The position numbers and the translations under genes are program-made. Shown in pieces: positions 38,796-51,385 of a stretch of DNA of 64,000 nt (within the stretch, counting starts at the first letter, position 1; each line of letters starts with the position of its first letter). Under the pieces are notes generated by a model. The model was given only the letters and a program-made list of their open reading frames with translations, was not told the DNA's origin and searched no databases. The DNA is from Okamejei kenojei (taxonomy: Eukaryota): the NCBI GenBank assembly GCA_035221665.1, contig CM069138.1, forward strand, positions 66,650,001 through 66,714,000, read 5' to 3'.

Positions 38796-38890
38796 CATTG
38801 CATCTTCCAACAACAATTTTCTATATTTGCTGAGCATCATCTGGGTGCGCTTCAGCAATTGCACAGAAACATCTTCAAATTCATTATCCA
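38796..38890 (-). CDS. BICRAL: BICRAL GLTSCR1-domain exon (VDNEFEDVSVQLLKRTQMMLSKYRKLLLEDAM)
   Basis: Highly conserved motif. Acceptor aaaccag|TG, donor ATG|gtaagt, 95 nt, phase 1/0. Confidence 0.95.
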
Positions 38891-39184
38891 CTGGTTTAAA
38901 AAAAAGAATGCAATTAATAAGGAATCAAAGCACAATGATGAAAAATCTAATTTTCAGTCAATCACAGTAAAGCAGTTTGAGAGTGCAGTCTAACATTCAG
39001 TTCCGCTGACTTCAAATGAAATGAGTACACAGAGTCTCGTTCAACTGGCAGCCAATACTCTCACGTATTTGCTGCCAATGAACTATTTTGGTCCCTCCTG
39101 TTCCATCCCTCTAAACAACTAAATGTTAATTGTTTTTCAGCCTTACAAAATTATTGCAAGTAATTATTGTTTTTATAGCTGTGT

Positions 39185-39720
39185 AGTTAAGAACAATAAC
39201 CTCTCCCAAAATGTCAGCAAGAAGAAGGACTTAATTATCGACTTCAGGAAGCATTGATTCAGTCCCAATCAGCATCAATGGTGCCAACATGGAAATTGTT
39301 GGGATCTTGGCATTAATATTACCAAGGATCTTTCGTAGACCAACCACTTTGATGCGACAGCCAATAAGGCACACCAACACCTCTACTTTCTGAGGAGACT
39401 GAGGAAATTCTGCATGTTTGCAATGACATTTACAAACTCCTACAGATGCACCATAGAAATAATATTGTTGGGTTGCATAACAAATTGGTTTGGGAACAGT
39501 TCTGCCCAAGACCTCAAGAAATTGCAGGGTTGGAAAAGTAGCCCCAGACCAGGCTTCCCACCATTGACTATATCTACACTTCATGCTGCTTCAGAAAAGC
39601 AGCCAACATCATCAAAAATTTGTTCCATCCCGGTCATTCCTTCTCCCTGCTTTTGTCCAGCAGAAGGTACAAAAACTTAAATATGCAACCCTAGACTCAG
39701 GAACAGCTTCTTTCCATGTG
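39185..39720 (+). mobile_element. Old Rex1/Babar-type LINE fragment
   Basis: NNLS.NVSK.KDLIIDFRK, LYFLRRLRKF, YRCTIE. Confidence 0.7.
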
Positions 39721-40196
39721 TTTATAAAATCACGAGAGAAATAAGGATAAGGTATAGATAAGATGGTTAGTGTAAACTGGAGAGCATAGGTTTAAGGTGA
39801 CTAATCTTGGTTGAGCCAGAGTTTTGAAAACCGAGCTGTGAAAGCTGAAAGCATTCAGACAACTGGGCACTGGAAGGATGGAATGCAATGCAGGAGAATG
39901 ACAAAAATTTACTTGAAGTAATATTGCCTAGTGAAGGTCTCTATACTCTACAGATATTGATGGACATAATTAATTTAATTATGGTGGTTTTTCTGTATCT
40001 TCAGAATAAAGCAGTTTACGATTTTTTATTATTTCATCACCATTTGAGTCGGTCTGTCTCAGACAGGAAATACATTAACATCTAGCCAAAATTATCTCAA
40101 AGCAATGCTATTGTACAAGTCGATGGATATTGAACTTTATGAATCTACATTGAAAAATTTAAAAATGCTCCAATTGTTTATTGTACTGATTCACAC

Positions 40197-40786
40197 CAAG
40201 ATTCAAGATTCAATTTAATTGTCACATGTACCAATTAAGGTACAGTGAAATTTGAGTTACCATGCAGCCATACTGAATAAAATGCAAAAATACACACAGC
40301 ACATAAAGTTTAACACAAACATCCACCACAGTGGATTCAACATTTTTCCCTGTGATGGAAGGTAATAAAGTTCAGTCATCTTTCTCCTTTGTTCACCCCG
40401 TGGTCGGGGCCTTTGAACGGGACCGTTGTCGATGGTCCGCTGTTCCAGCCCTCTCGTCGGGATGATCGAAACTCCAGTGTCGGGATGGATCGTAACACAC
40501 CGTGTGGCATGGAGCTCCCGAGTCAGCCATTTCTTCAGATCTCTGCTACACAGTGTTCAAGTCCACAGGCCCCGTGGTCGAAGCTCAAACACTGCCGATC
40601 CTCGGCAAAAGACCCTAGGCTCCGCGATGGTAAGTCCGCGCTGCACCCGCGGCTTGAAGCTCCGGGCAGGTCTCCAGGAAAGGCCGCACCACTCCACTTG
40701 GAAGGGGGGGGGGGGAGTGCGGAGATGCGACACGGAGCAAAATCGCATCACCGTCGAGGTAAGTGACTGAAAAAGGTTTCCCCCGA

Positions 40787-40820
<34 letters not shown>

Positions 40821-40945
40821 CACCCCCCACATAAAACATACCAAGAGACATTAAAACAAACATTCAAGACATACTTAAAATAATAAAAACAGAGAAGGGA
40901 AAAAACAGACTGCTGGTGAGGAGGCCATTACGGGCGCCACCTGAT
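40197..40945 (-). mobile_element. GC-rich non-coding retroposon, related family
   Basis: (TTGAATC)n tail, the shared core, a poly-C tract and a GGTGGCGCCC head. Confidence 0.6.
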
Positions 40946-41309
40946 AGTAAAACCACAGTACCCAGGTTGAACTTTGCCATAAAGTTATTTTTTAAGGATG
41001 CTAATAATCAAGCAAAATCTGCTGAATACATTGGAGAATCAAGGGTCAAGTGAGAATTTGGTGTATTCTGTGACGATCTATATGCAGATATTTGCCTATT
41101 ACTGAAACCTATAAATTGAAACACAGTAAAAAAAGAAATGTGTACAGAAAGTGTTGCTGTAAAAGAAACTTCCCTGTCCTTTAGAATGTAAAGTTTAAAT
41201 GATTGAAGTAGCTTCCTGAGTGCACGCCTGCATTTGAACAAGTATAAAGATATCAAAGAACAATTCGAATTAATATAAATTTCAAAACTATGATTGCGGA
41301 AAAAATCAG

Positions 41310-41940
41310 AGTTATACAGCACAGAAACGGACCCTTCAGCCCAATTCTTGCTAGGTACCTTTGAGAGCTGGTCCCATTTGTCTGCATTTGGTCTATATCC
41401 CTCTGAATATCTCCTACAACCAATGTACCTGTACAAATGTCTTTCAAGTTCAATTGTACTTTCGTCTACCACTTCCTCTGGCAGTTTGTTTGAGAAAAGC
41501 TTGCCCCTCAGTCCCCTTTAAATCTTCCCCGTCTCACCTTAAACCTATGCCTTCCAGTATACACCAACCACCTTATCCCCTCTCGCGATAATATAAACAC
41601 TATATGGTCGCCCCTCTGCCTCCTTCACTCCAGTGTAATCAATCCCACCCTATCCAGTATCTCTTCTTATAATCAAGCCCTCCAATCCCAGCAATATCCT
41701 TGTGATTTTTTTTTGCAAACTCTAGCTTGATCATATTTTTCTGTAGCATGGCTATCAGAACTGTTCACAATATTCCAGGTGCGGTCTCACCAATGTCTTG
41801 TACAGCTGTAATATGACATCCCAACTCTTGTGCTCAATGCCCCATCTGATGAAGGCAAGCAAGCCATATGCCTTAATTGTGAGGTAACAATATACTTGTA
41901 CCACTATGTTTCTCTGTTTTACAACAGTGCTCAGGGCCAT
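41310..41940 (-). mobile_element. Old CR1 3' fragment
   Basis: LQLYKTLVRPHLEYC motif in ORF 41755..41940, plus a CR1 tail. Confidence 0.75.
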
Positions 41941-42254
41941 ATCTGTGTTTGACTGTGTACTGGCTTATATTTCCCAAAGTGTGATTGTTTTCTGTTCTTC
42001 TATAGCAATCAAACCAGATGAATCCTTGTATTCAAAAAACGTGACCTAACGCTTTCTCATCTGAAAATACATGCTCAACCTCTGACCCAGTTCATATTCA
42101 GCCTTACAATATGCAACAATAATAGTTTATTTGCATGTATTTCAAATCCCAATACTGCAGCTTATAATATTTCTATGGTTCTACTTGTCGCTATATAAAA
42201 TTAGTCCTCAGTACATCAGACACAAAATGTAATTAAAATACTCAGGAGATTTAC

Positions 42255-42403
42255 CTTTCTGAAATTCTTCTTTGTTAGGGAGATTCCCTTGAAACACATG
42301 ATATGGCAGAAGCCTTTGCATGGCATCTTCTTGTGACTTGAACGATGTTTTATAGTCAGGTTGCAGAACATTTCTTTGTTCTTCTTGTAATTGCTGAAGA
42401 ATT
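42255..42403 (-). CDS. BICRAL: BICRAL GLTSCR1-domain exon (ILQQLQEEQ...DAMQRLLPYHVFQG)
   Basis: Conserved PDYKTSF...DA.QRLLPYHV motif. Acceptor tatcaaag|A, donor AAAG|gtaaat, 149 nt, phase 2/1. Confidence 0.93.
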
Positions 42404-43849
42404 CTTTGATAAAAAAACGTAAAATAAGACAACTTACCAATTATGTAATATTTTTCCAAACCTCTTTACATTGGAAGCTCGTCTAAAACTAAGCAATAGT
42501 CAAGAGTCCTCCTATATACTGTGCTAAATCTACAGCGATAGTTTTTGACAACACAGGTACAAGAAAAATATCTTCTTCTTTTATCACATACAAAATTATT
42601 ATCAACAATATCAAACCAATGAAATGTCTGTTGTTAATGTAAAATGAACAGTTTTGAGGCAAGTGAAAACCACGCATCCACACATGGTGAGAACCCTGAC
42701 AAATCTTTATCTGCAGCAACATAATAGCTTGGGAATGATGGGGAGAAACTGAATTATGCTTTGGGAGAACATTAATGGAGAATGCTGAGTTATTGACATG
42801 TATCTGTGGTAACAGCTTTACAGTTTAACAAATTAAGTAAGTTAGCAGTCTGTCATTTAACTTCTAATCCTAACCGATTGAAGATCGGCTCTAGCTCTAT
42901 CTGGACAAATAGAGACAATGATCAGGCTGATGTAGTTTATTTCACTACAGTCCAAGACACATTAGCACAAATATAGGGATGATGCAGAAATTGGAAGTCA
43001 ATATTGTTGTGGTGGACATTCCAATAATTTACACATGGAAACAAATAACTAATTGCACAGAATATAAAAATATTGTCACAATGAGTTACGTGAACATTTA
43101 ATTAAAACTATTATTTGCACAATCTATTAAGACAATATGATGTGAAGAGCACACTGTGACAAAAATTATTGCTTAAATGAATGAAATCAAAAACACTATG
43201 CCAGGTGCAGTGTTGCATAGCTTATTATTAGTGACTTCTACTAAATATTGTGGGTTCAAGTGGAATGTGGCATTAACAATTTAATTGATTGATTACAATA
43301 TTCTCAAGTTTTAAAAACAAGCAATAAACATTAGTTAAAATTATGGGTGTTCTAGTTGACCTCTCAGAGTGATAGAAATGGCCATAAAATCGAAGAACTT
43401 GACGAGGAATGAAATAATTCAAAAATGTAATAAAGATTGATTCGAAACTAACAAGTGAGAATGTAGGGCTGTAAAAATCAAAGAAGCGACTGTGGATAAT
43501 TTTCAAGAGGATAAATCTAATGAGAGAAGGGTGAGAATGGTGCTGAACTAATTATGGGTCTGGCTGATCTGGGAAACAATCAATGAAATGGAAAAGGAGC
43601 ATAAAAAAAACAATTAGTGGTAGAGATGTTTGAATTCAGAAAGGTCACGAATTTGAGAACAGACTATGAGAAGTAACATTATTTGAAATGGTTAAACTAA
43701 TTCTGCCAATGGGCATCCAACCTAACCAGAATCAGTCATGCACCAGGTGCACACAAACCTCATACTGAGGATAACATGATAACATCTAAGAGAAGCAAAG
43801 ACCACAAAGATCTCAAAATGAATTTTTGGTAGTTGAGTCATTGGCAGGT

Positions 43850-44038
43850 GAGGCCAGTTCATCGGCTATATTTGAGAGGGAGTTAGATGTGGCCCTTGTG
43901 GCTAAGGGGATCAGGGGGTATGGAGAGAAGGCAGGTACGGGATACTGAGTTGGATGATCAGCCATGATCATATTGCATGGCGGTGCAGGCTCGAAGGGCC
44001 GAATGGCCTACTCCTGCACCCATTTTCTATGTTTCTAT
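43850..44038 (+). mobile_element. CR1 3' end, same subfamily
   Basis: Near-identical to 23020-23195, including the TTCTATGTTTCTATG tail. Confidence 0.88.
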
Positions 44039-44211
44039 GAAGTAAGAGCATCAAACGTACAGGAGAGGCAGCACTGGAACAAAACCAAAGAAGAAGTGAT
44101 TTAATCATGAACAAATGGGATAGGCAGATACAGAATATATTGGTAATAATATTAAAGCCACTGCTTTAAAATTCTTAACATTTCAGTATACCACTAAACA
44201 AATGTACGTAC

Positions 44212-44273
44212 AAATTTTCTTTAGTAAGTTGCCTTGATGCAGGTCTCTTCTGTCCCATGATCTGGCCATCAAA
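44212..44273 (-). CDS. BICRAL: BICRAL small exon (FDGQIMGQKRPASRQLTKENL)
   Basis: Acceptor cattttag|TTT and donor TT|gtacgt. 62 nt, phase 0/2. It is needed to reconcile the flanking exon phases and carries the KR...QLTK motif that precedes the GLTSCR1 domain. Confidence 0.85.
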
Positions 44274-44589
44274 CTAAAATGAAACAAACGTCAGCAATTC
44301 AAACAATTTCATCGGATGTCAATAATTATGAATTTACATACCTCCCAGCAGACTAAAACATATGTGGGAGATAGATCATTGTAGAATAATTCAGACCCAT
44401 TTATAATTACATACACCACACAACATTTAAAATTACGTGTATCAAGAGACCCATAAATTGAAGTTTGCTAAACAACAGGAAACTAAAAATTAAAACAAAA
44501 AAAAACTAGTATTCCCTAATATCTGAAGAAGCAAGCAAACTTAAATAAATTAGTTAAGAACCTATTCGTTAATCTAGTAGTAAGCCAAA

Positions 44590-45420
44590 ATGGAGTGTGG
44601 CGGCGCCTAATGGCAGCAGCTCGACTGCAGTTCATCTGTCTTTTTTTTAATTTTTGTCCCATTAGATGTATGATTTTGGTTCTAATTTTTATTATTTTTT
44701 AGCTGTGTATATGTGGGAGGTGGGGGGAGGGGGAGGGGAAACCGTTTAATCTCTTCCCTATACAGGGACATGACTTTTTCCCTGTCGGGTCTCTGGCGTC
44801 ATTGGGCCTAACATCGTGGAGCCGGCGCCGGCCTCCAATCGGAACCAACCTGAGGGCTCCAGTCGCGGAGCCTGCATACTTGCCATCGTGAAGCTGGCCG
44901 ACTTCGGAACAGGGGAGAGCTGTGGTGGCGCGCGGGTGCAACCAGACTTCTGAACGTCGGAGGCTCCGGCCGCAGGCCCGATTGACAGGAACATCGGGAG
45001 CTCGCAGGTCCCTGGTGGGAGACCGCTTTTCGGAGCTCCCGCAACTGCAACTTCTCCCGCCGGAATCACGGGGTTTAAATGACTCGGAGCGGGGCCTAAC
45101 ATCGCCTGGCGCGGCTTAAACGTCCGCGGGACTTACCATCGCCTGCTGGGGGCTTTACCATCGTGAGCCCCAGTCGCCTCGACGCTGCAGTTGGACTGCT
45201 GGACCGCGGGAGAAGAACAAAGGGAAGAGATAAGACTTTTGCCTTCCATCACAGTGAGGAGGTGTTGGAGATTCACTGTGATGGATGTTTATGTAAATTG
45301 TGTTAAGTGTGTATCTTGGTTTTATTTTTATAATGTCATGACTGTAGGAATGAAATTTTGTTCATACCTTGTCTGTTTGAATGAGAATAAAAGGCATTCT
45401 ATTCATTCTATTCTATTCTA
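44590..45420 (+). mobile_element. GC-rich non-coding retroposon, related family
   Basis: GTGGCGGCGCCTAATGGC head, CCTTCCATCACAG core, AATAAA and an (ATTCT)n tail. Confidence 0.6.
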
Positions 45421-46033
45421 AAATGTAAGAACTATTCATTTTACAATGTTTCTTTTCTAAACAAATTCAAAACTATTGCAATGTCCTATCACTTCAAGGA
45501 GGTCCATCTGTGTAAAACTGTTCTTAAATATCCCGCAGTAAAACCATGAAATGGTCCGGAATACCTAAATTTTAACTACTTGCACAAAAGGAGCTGTTGA
45601 AATTTATTGCGTACTTTGTGCATTGTTTGCAAAATGTCACGGTACTTAGATACATGTGACAATAAAGTATAATTGAATCATTGAAGAATGAAAAGGAGAT
45701 AAGAAGGCAGAGGACATTAGGGACAAAATTACAGAGCATAGGGCTTTAACAGTTAAAGGCATGTGTGCCAATGATCAAGAGGCCAAAATTGGACCACTAA
45801 TCAAATAAGGAAAGCAGTTTAATACTGTTATTTATTATTTGGGATTGAAAATATCAAAGCAGTCCTCACAAGTCTTTAGGATCACACTTCAATGGTAATA
45901 ATCAAATTTTCAGACACATTCAATAACTTCGTGACAAAATTGACAATTTTTACTCTGCATCTTTGTAGCAATTGAAATTATAAAATACAAAATTTATATT
46001 AGGCATTAAATCAAATAAAATACTGCAACTTAC

Positions 46034-46152
46034 TTGTGAAATGTTGTGCATCTCTGGCTGTCCTAATATTTTATTCTGCAATGAATGTTGTTGTCCCAAG
46101 TGCTGTTGTAAACCAGCAGCTTTGTGAAGCTGACCATCACTCATTTGCATGG
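46034..46152 (-). CDS. BICRAL: BICRAL internal exon (AMQMSDGQ...HNISQ)
   Basis: Acceptor attgcag|CC and donor CAA|gtaagt. 119 nt, phase 1/0. Confidence 0.8.
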
Positions 46153-47606
46153 CTGCAATATATAAATGTAGAGGACAGAGCCACATGTGACATTTTCAGA
46201 AAGAGAATCGTAAAAACCTTAAAATATGAAATGAATGAAACAGAATGTATGTTCTTAATTCATTTTTAATTGATTTAATTCCAGAGTATATTATCTTGAG
46301 CTAATTGACATTACAGAAATGAAAAAAAAACCTTCAAGATAGTTTTCAAATATATGTTCATTAAGGTTTTTGTTGAGCTAACCTTTTAATTAGTTATTTT
46401 CAATTTTCCCGATAGTATTGTACGTTAAAATTAAAAACATATTTTGTGAAGCAACAGATAAACTGCCTGCGGTTCTGCGGTAAGGTACAGTGGTAAGAAA
46501 CACCAATATCACATGGTATCTCATACTTTTCAGACAGTTGGTAAAATAGGAAAATATGAACATAAAGACATAAATCTGCGAGATCGTCTAACCCACTACC
46601 ATACAACAATGCCATGGCTTATCGTTGAGATACTTTCCAAAAGGTATAGGGAATTCTAGAAGTTCATGACCCTGAGAGCAGAGACTCCACAACATAATCA
46701 TAAATGCCTGTTTCCTTATCAAAGGTTATCCTCACTTGTTCTATATACTCCTGGAGTAGACAATCTCTAGCATTAATCTTATCAGACCCACATGGAATCC
46801 ATGTTTTTTTCTTAAATGGTAAACACTCAGTTTTGTTGAATTAGTGAAAAACAACTTTAATGTGTTTGGTTATATCAAAAAGATCGATAGCAACATTTCC
46901 AAACTGTCCTTAAATAGAGATGTAATAGAGATTGTACTAATTGCTATGTTATTCTAGATTACTAGGTGAACTTTCTACAAAAATATGGAACCAGCCATTT
47001 GATACATTCAAGCACTTCTTTCCACAGAATAGTTGTATGTGCTTTAACAAAAACTCAAAAAAAAGACACTATCTATCTAGCATTAATGGGCGGCAAAAAC
47101 CCTGGATGCATGTTCAACCTTACAATTTGAATTTATAGGAATACCTTTCTGTATTCTATATTTAAACACATAACATGACATTTTCAGATGCCATAATATT
47201 CCAAATGTGCAATTATCTGTGATATATTTTATTAAATCAGAGATCTGAGTATTAATTACTGATTACAAGTTTGAACAGTTATGATTTTCTTAGGGCTTGT
47301 ATATCTCAAAAATATTCACACACAAATTAAATCATTGCTTATAAAACATGGATATTTTATTTATTTTTTAAAGCATTTAATCTTCATCTTGACATGCAAA
47401 CTGCCTATTTTCACATTTTTTGCTGATTTTTAAATATCATTTGACTTTTTATTTCTGCTTTGTTTCCAAGTGCCCTGACAGAACACTACAACACAAAATT
47501 AAATATGTTATAGAAATTTGTTTCACAAATAATTCTTAACATAGTAGTAATGTAAGCCTATAAGCCAGTTGCATTGTTCCATGTACTGAAATTTTCCCTT
47601 ACATAC

Positions 47607-47823
47607 CCATACACGTGGTTTTGCCTAGAATCCCTGCATTTGTCAATGAGTTGGGTATTTGTGGCTGGCGTAGGCTATCAGCAGCATGAGCCTTTTGAAC
47701 AGAACTAGGCAGAGTCTGACTTCCAAAGAGAGATGCTGAAACTTGATTGGAGAGCTGCCCCAAACTAACCAACGACTGGCTAGTGACCGGCTCCTGCTTA
47801 CTTGCTATCATCTTCTTGGAAGC
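47607..47823 (-). CDS. BICRAL: BICRAL internal exon (ASKKMIASKQ...KTTCM)
   Basis: Acceptor ttgcag|GCT and donor ATGG|gtatgt. 217 nt, phase 0/1, open frame. Confidence 0.82.
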
Positions 47824-49405
47824 CTGCAACCGTTATTGAATAAATAAAAATTAGATACCAATACATCTGGCATCCAAAATAAAATAATCCAAATTGCATT
47901 TTCTCCATGTCAAAGTAATCAATACGATTTTCACATGGTATTTTTTGTTGTAACCACATAATAACTTATGGATTTAGATATTTCAGAATTTATAAAAGTA
48001 CAAAATAAATTAAGTACAGTTCTTATAGTCTGTTGTTCAAACTCTCACATAAATGCACATGTTACATCAATTTTGGAAAATATATCAATGTCATGTGATA
48101 TCAAACGCCTCGAAAAAATACGAATGCAACAGTTACCGTTACACCTGCTTGTCATAAACAGATACTAGAAAAACTGAAAAACTGAAAAACAAAACTCTCA
48201 AAAAAACTATTACAAATATATTGATATACAGGCTACCAAAGGGAAGACCAAATTCCATTGGGAAGACTTATTACAAAATTGAATTGCAGAGGTTGCAGAA
48301 AATTGGAACTCTCTTCTAGAAGTAGGAATTAATGTTAGGTCCATTAATTTTAAATGTGGGATTGATGAATTGTTAACTAAAGTCACTAATGGTTACGGAG
48401 TAATGAAGGATATTGAATCACTGAGCCACATGGCACAAAAACAGGCTCTTCCCATGTGTGTGCCCCATATCTCTCCAAACTTATCCTATCCATATCTGAC
48501 ATTAATCACACATCAGCCACCATCTCAATGAATGGCACAACAGGTTCAAGGTGCTGATGAACCTATTCATGTTCCTAAGTTCCTAAAGTAACTCAATGAA
48601 ACATTAGAATTAATAATGCATACCAAGATTGCAAATTATTTATGTTCTTTTGAGCATATTAAACTATAATTCAAAAGAAAAATATTGCCAGTGCTATAAG
48701 TCTAAGGTAAAACGTGAAATTCCATTAATACTCAGGGTTGGGCAGCTTTAGCGAAATAAATTATGTTAACATTTCAAAGAGATGAGGATCATTATGTTTA
48801 AAAGACCAGTGGCTTGAAACATAAACCTTGATTTCTCCCTCTACGGCACTACCTTGCCATTATTTTGTTTTATGAAAAATTAAACCGCTCTTTTTTACTG
48901 AATTACAATGCACACAGTACAGAATCAAAGAACTGTTAACATACTGTTTACAGTAGGTGAACTACTGTCGGAGCTGGCAGATCGGTTCTCTTAGCTGACA
49001 TAGCTACTGTGGCCAGCCCGCTATTTCTCATAGCTACTGTGGCCAGCCCGCGAGTCAAATTTACCATCGACCAGCAGGTCAAATATGCCCTGTGGCCGGG
49101 TCCTGGAACTCCAGCCCGGCCAGGGCTGGCCAATTCATTCCCATAACAGACTTCCACAGCTGACTTTGCAGCCACTTTCTCGGTCCCCCCCAAGGCCGTG
49201 ACCTCTGTTGGTCTAGCAAAAGGGATAATCCAGAAAGGCTCTGGAACCAAGGGTGCCGGAAAATCTGCAGTAGACATGTAATGGGATGTTACATTTTGTA
49301 CCAATAAAGTATATTATCATTCCTATACTGCCAGGCAATGTGATTCAAAAGGTTCTTCTCTCTTTACTATTTAATAATGATAAATTTATTGCATTCATCA
49401 CCTAC

Positions 49406-51385
49406 TTGTGAACAGAGGAATTGTTGCTGGCTGTTGGTTTGCGTTACTGGCATCTCCATCCGGCTGAATGTGACCTGTCGTGAGGGTTGCATTAAATTGG
49501 CGTTTTGGTGATAAGGATTGGTAATCCTAAAAATATGATTCATACCCAATTGTTGCTGACACTGCTGTTGTGCAGATTGTACAGTTACAAGTGATTGCTC
49601 ACCCTGGCAAACCACTACAAGGTTACTTCCAGAATTTGCGTGTGTAACCTGATCACCATTGTTTGCTGATGATATTGGAGGTTGCACTGTAGGCACATAG
49701 TTGGAGCACACAGAACTAGGTGCAATTGAAACAGTCAGCTGATTTTGGAATGATCTTCCTCGAACTGCATTCTGCCCAGATTGCTTAAATATTCCTGCAT
49801 TAATGTTCGAGCCAACAGTGGATTGCACACCTTGACCAGTCGGAAGATTAAATAACATCTGTGAAGCTTGTTGAAGTGGAACCTGTCCGGAAACTAGCTG
49901 TGATGAGCCATGGTTTGCTAACAGCTGTCCTGAAGAATTAACTACCTGTTCCATGCCACCCTGACCAGAAGTCAACTGTCCAGCAGAGTTCTGATTTAAA
50001 AATTGTCCTGAAAAAGACTGGGTAGCCAACATTGTACCTGAAGAATTGCGATTTGTTATAACACATTCTGACGCCACTTGATTCGAAACCAACTGGGTGG
50101 GTATAGTTCGATTTTGAATAATCTGTCCATTTGCAGTCTGAAGGTGCTGAACAGTTGAATTCATATTCAATGCTAGGCTGGTAGGAATGAAAAATTGGTT
50201 CTGGGATGCAAGGGGTTCATGTTGCCCTAAAGGAGGTCGGATTATGATACTGGCCCCAGTTTGATTTAAAACTTGTGGTCTACCTGATTTTCTCGGTACT
50301 TGCTGTTTTGCAGTATGAATACCCATTGGTGAGCCCACCACTGAATTTTGAGACGGGTTTGTGGGGCCAAAAGGAAGGTTATGTTGCATTTGCTGCTGCT
50401 GTAATGATACTTCATTTTGAATTTTAAATGCTGTAGGCAATTCCAAATTGTTTATGTTGTAAACGGTTTGTTGCTGACTGATCTGAGCAGGCTTGGGTTG
50501 AATACTGAGTGAAATTTTAGGTTGGCTTGGTACCGGAGCTCTTTGAAGGATAATATTATGTAAAGGCAGTGCTGTTGGAATATTATTACCACTAAAATGA
50601 ACAGACATAGGTTGTGGGACCTGGCTAATATTTGAAGTCCCATAGTAAGTGTTTCCATTAAGTGCAGTCACTCGCCTCTGTAGTAACAATCCACCAGTTT
50701 CATTTAAACCAGATGGGTTCAAAGACATTGGTTGATGGTTGGGAAGCGGGGCCATATTGTAATTACCTACGGTCACCGAGTTTAGAGCAGGTAGCTGTCC
50801 ATTGTCCTTGGAAATAAACTGAGATCCTTCGAACTGATTAAAAGTCATTACAGGCTGCTGAGTATCTAATGAACCAATCAACTGAACTGGTCCAATTCCA
50901 CCACCTGTGTTGCTACTGGGTACATGTTGAATGGCAACATTGTTGATGCCCATTTGTTGAAAGAACCCAGGCTGTACATTAGTTTCATTATTTACAAAGG
51001 GAGTTCGCAAAACTTGCTGTAAAATGGGTGATGGTGTTACATTCATCTGCTGTTGTGGCAGGCCCCTTACAGATGATATGCCAGAAGACAATTGAGAAAC
51101 CTGAGAAAAGGTTGTAGGATGAATATGAGGTTGTGAGAACTCCTGGGTAGAAGTAATACCAGCTGCCAAATCTGCTTCCTCCTGTAAGGTTTGTTGAGTA
51201 ATATTGGCCTCCTGAAGAGACTTCTGCAGAATATCAAAAGGCTGGTCCCCATTTAGATTTGAAAGAGGAGAAGAGGTATCCAGCTCTTCCAAAACAGTAA
51301 GACTACTCGTTAACTGTAGTCTTGAGTGGGATTCTTCACCAATATGGTTATGTGTATCTTTAGTAGAAGAGGTAGGATCAGCACC
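49406..51385 (-). CDS. BICRAL: BICRAL large exon (660 codons, Q/S/N/P-rich low-complexity region)
   Basis: Overlaps ORF 49367..51292. Contains DQPFDILQKSLQEANITQQTL, a BICRA/BICRAL signature. Acceptor ttttcag|GGT, donor CAA|gtaggt, 1980 nt. Confidence 0.93.

Noticed and set aside
40787-40828. Poly-C/G-quadruplex tract (also 2923-2951)
   Set aside because: A homopolymer within repeats. Its length is unreliable in assemblies and there is no functional evidence.
49367-51292. 641-aa ORF as a stand-alone gene
   Set aside because: It is an internal BICRAL exon. The TTG start and the last 12 residues are artefacts of ignoring splicing.
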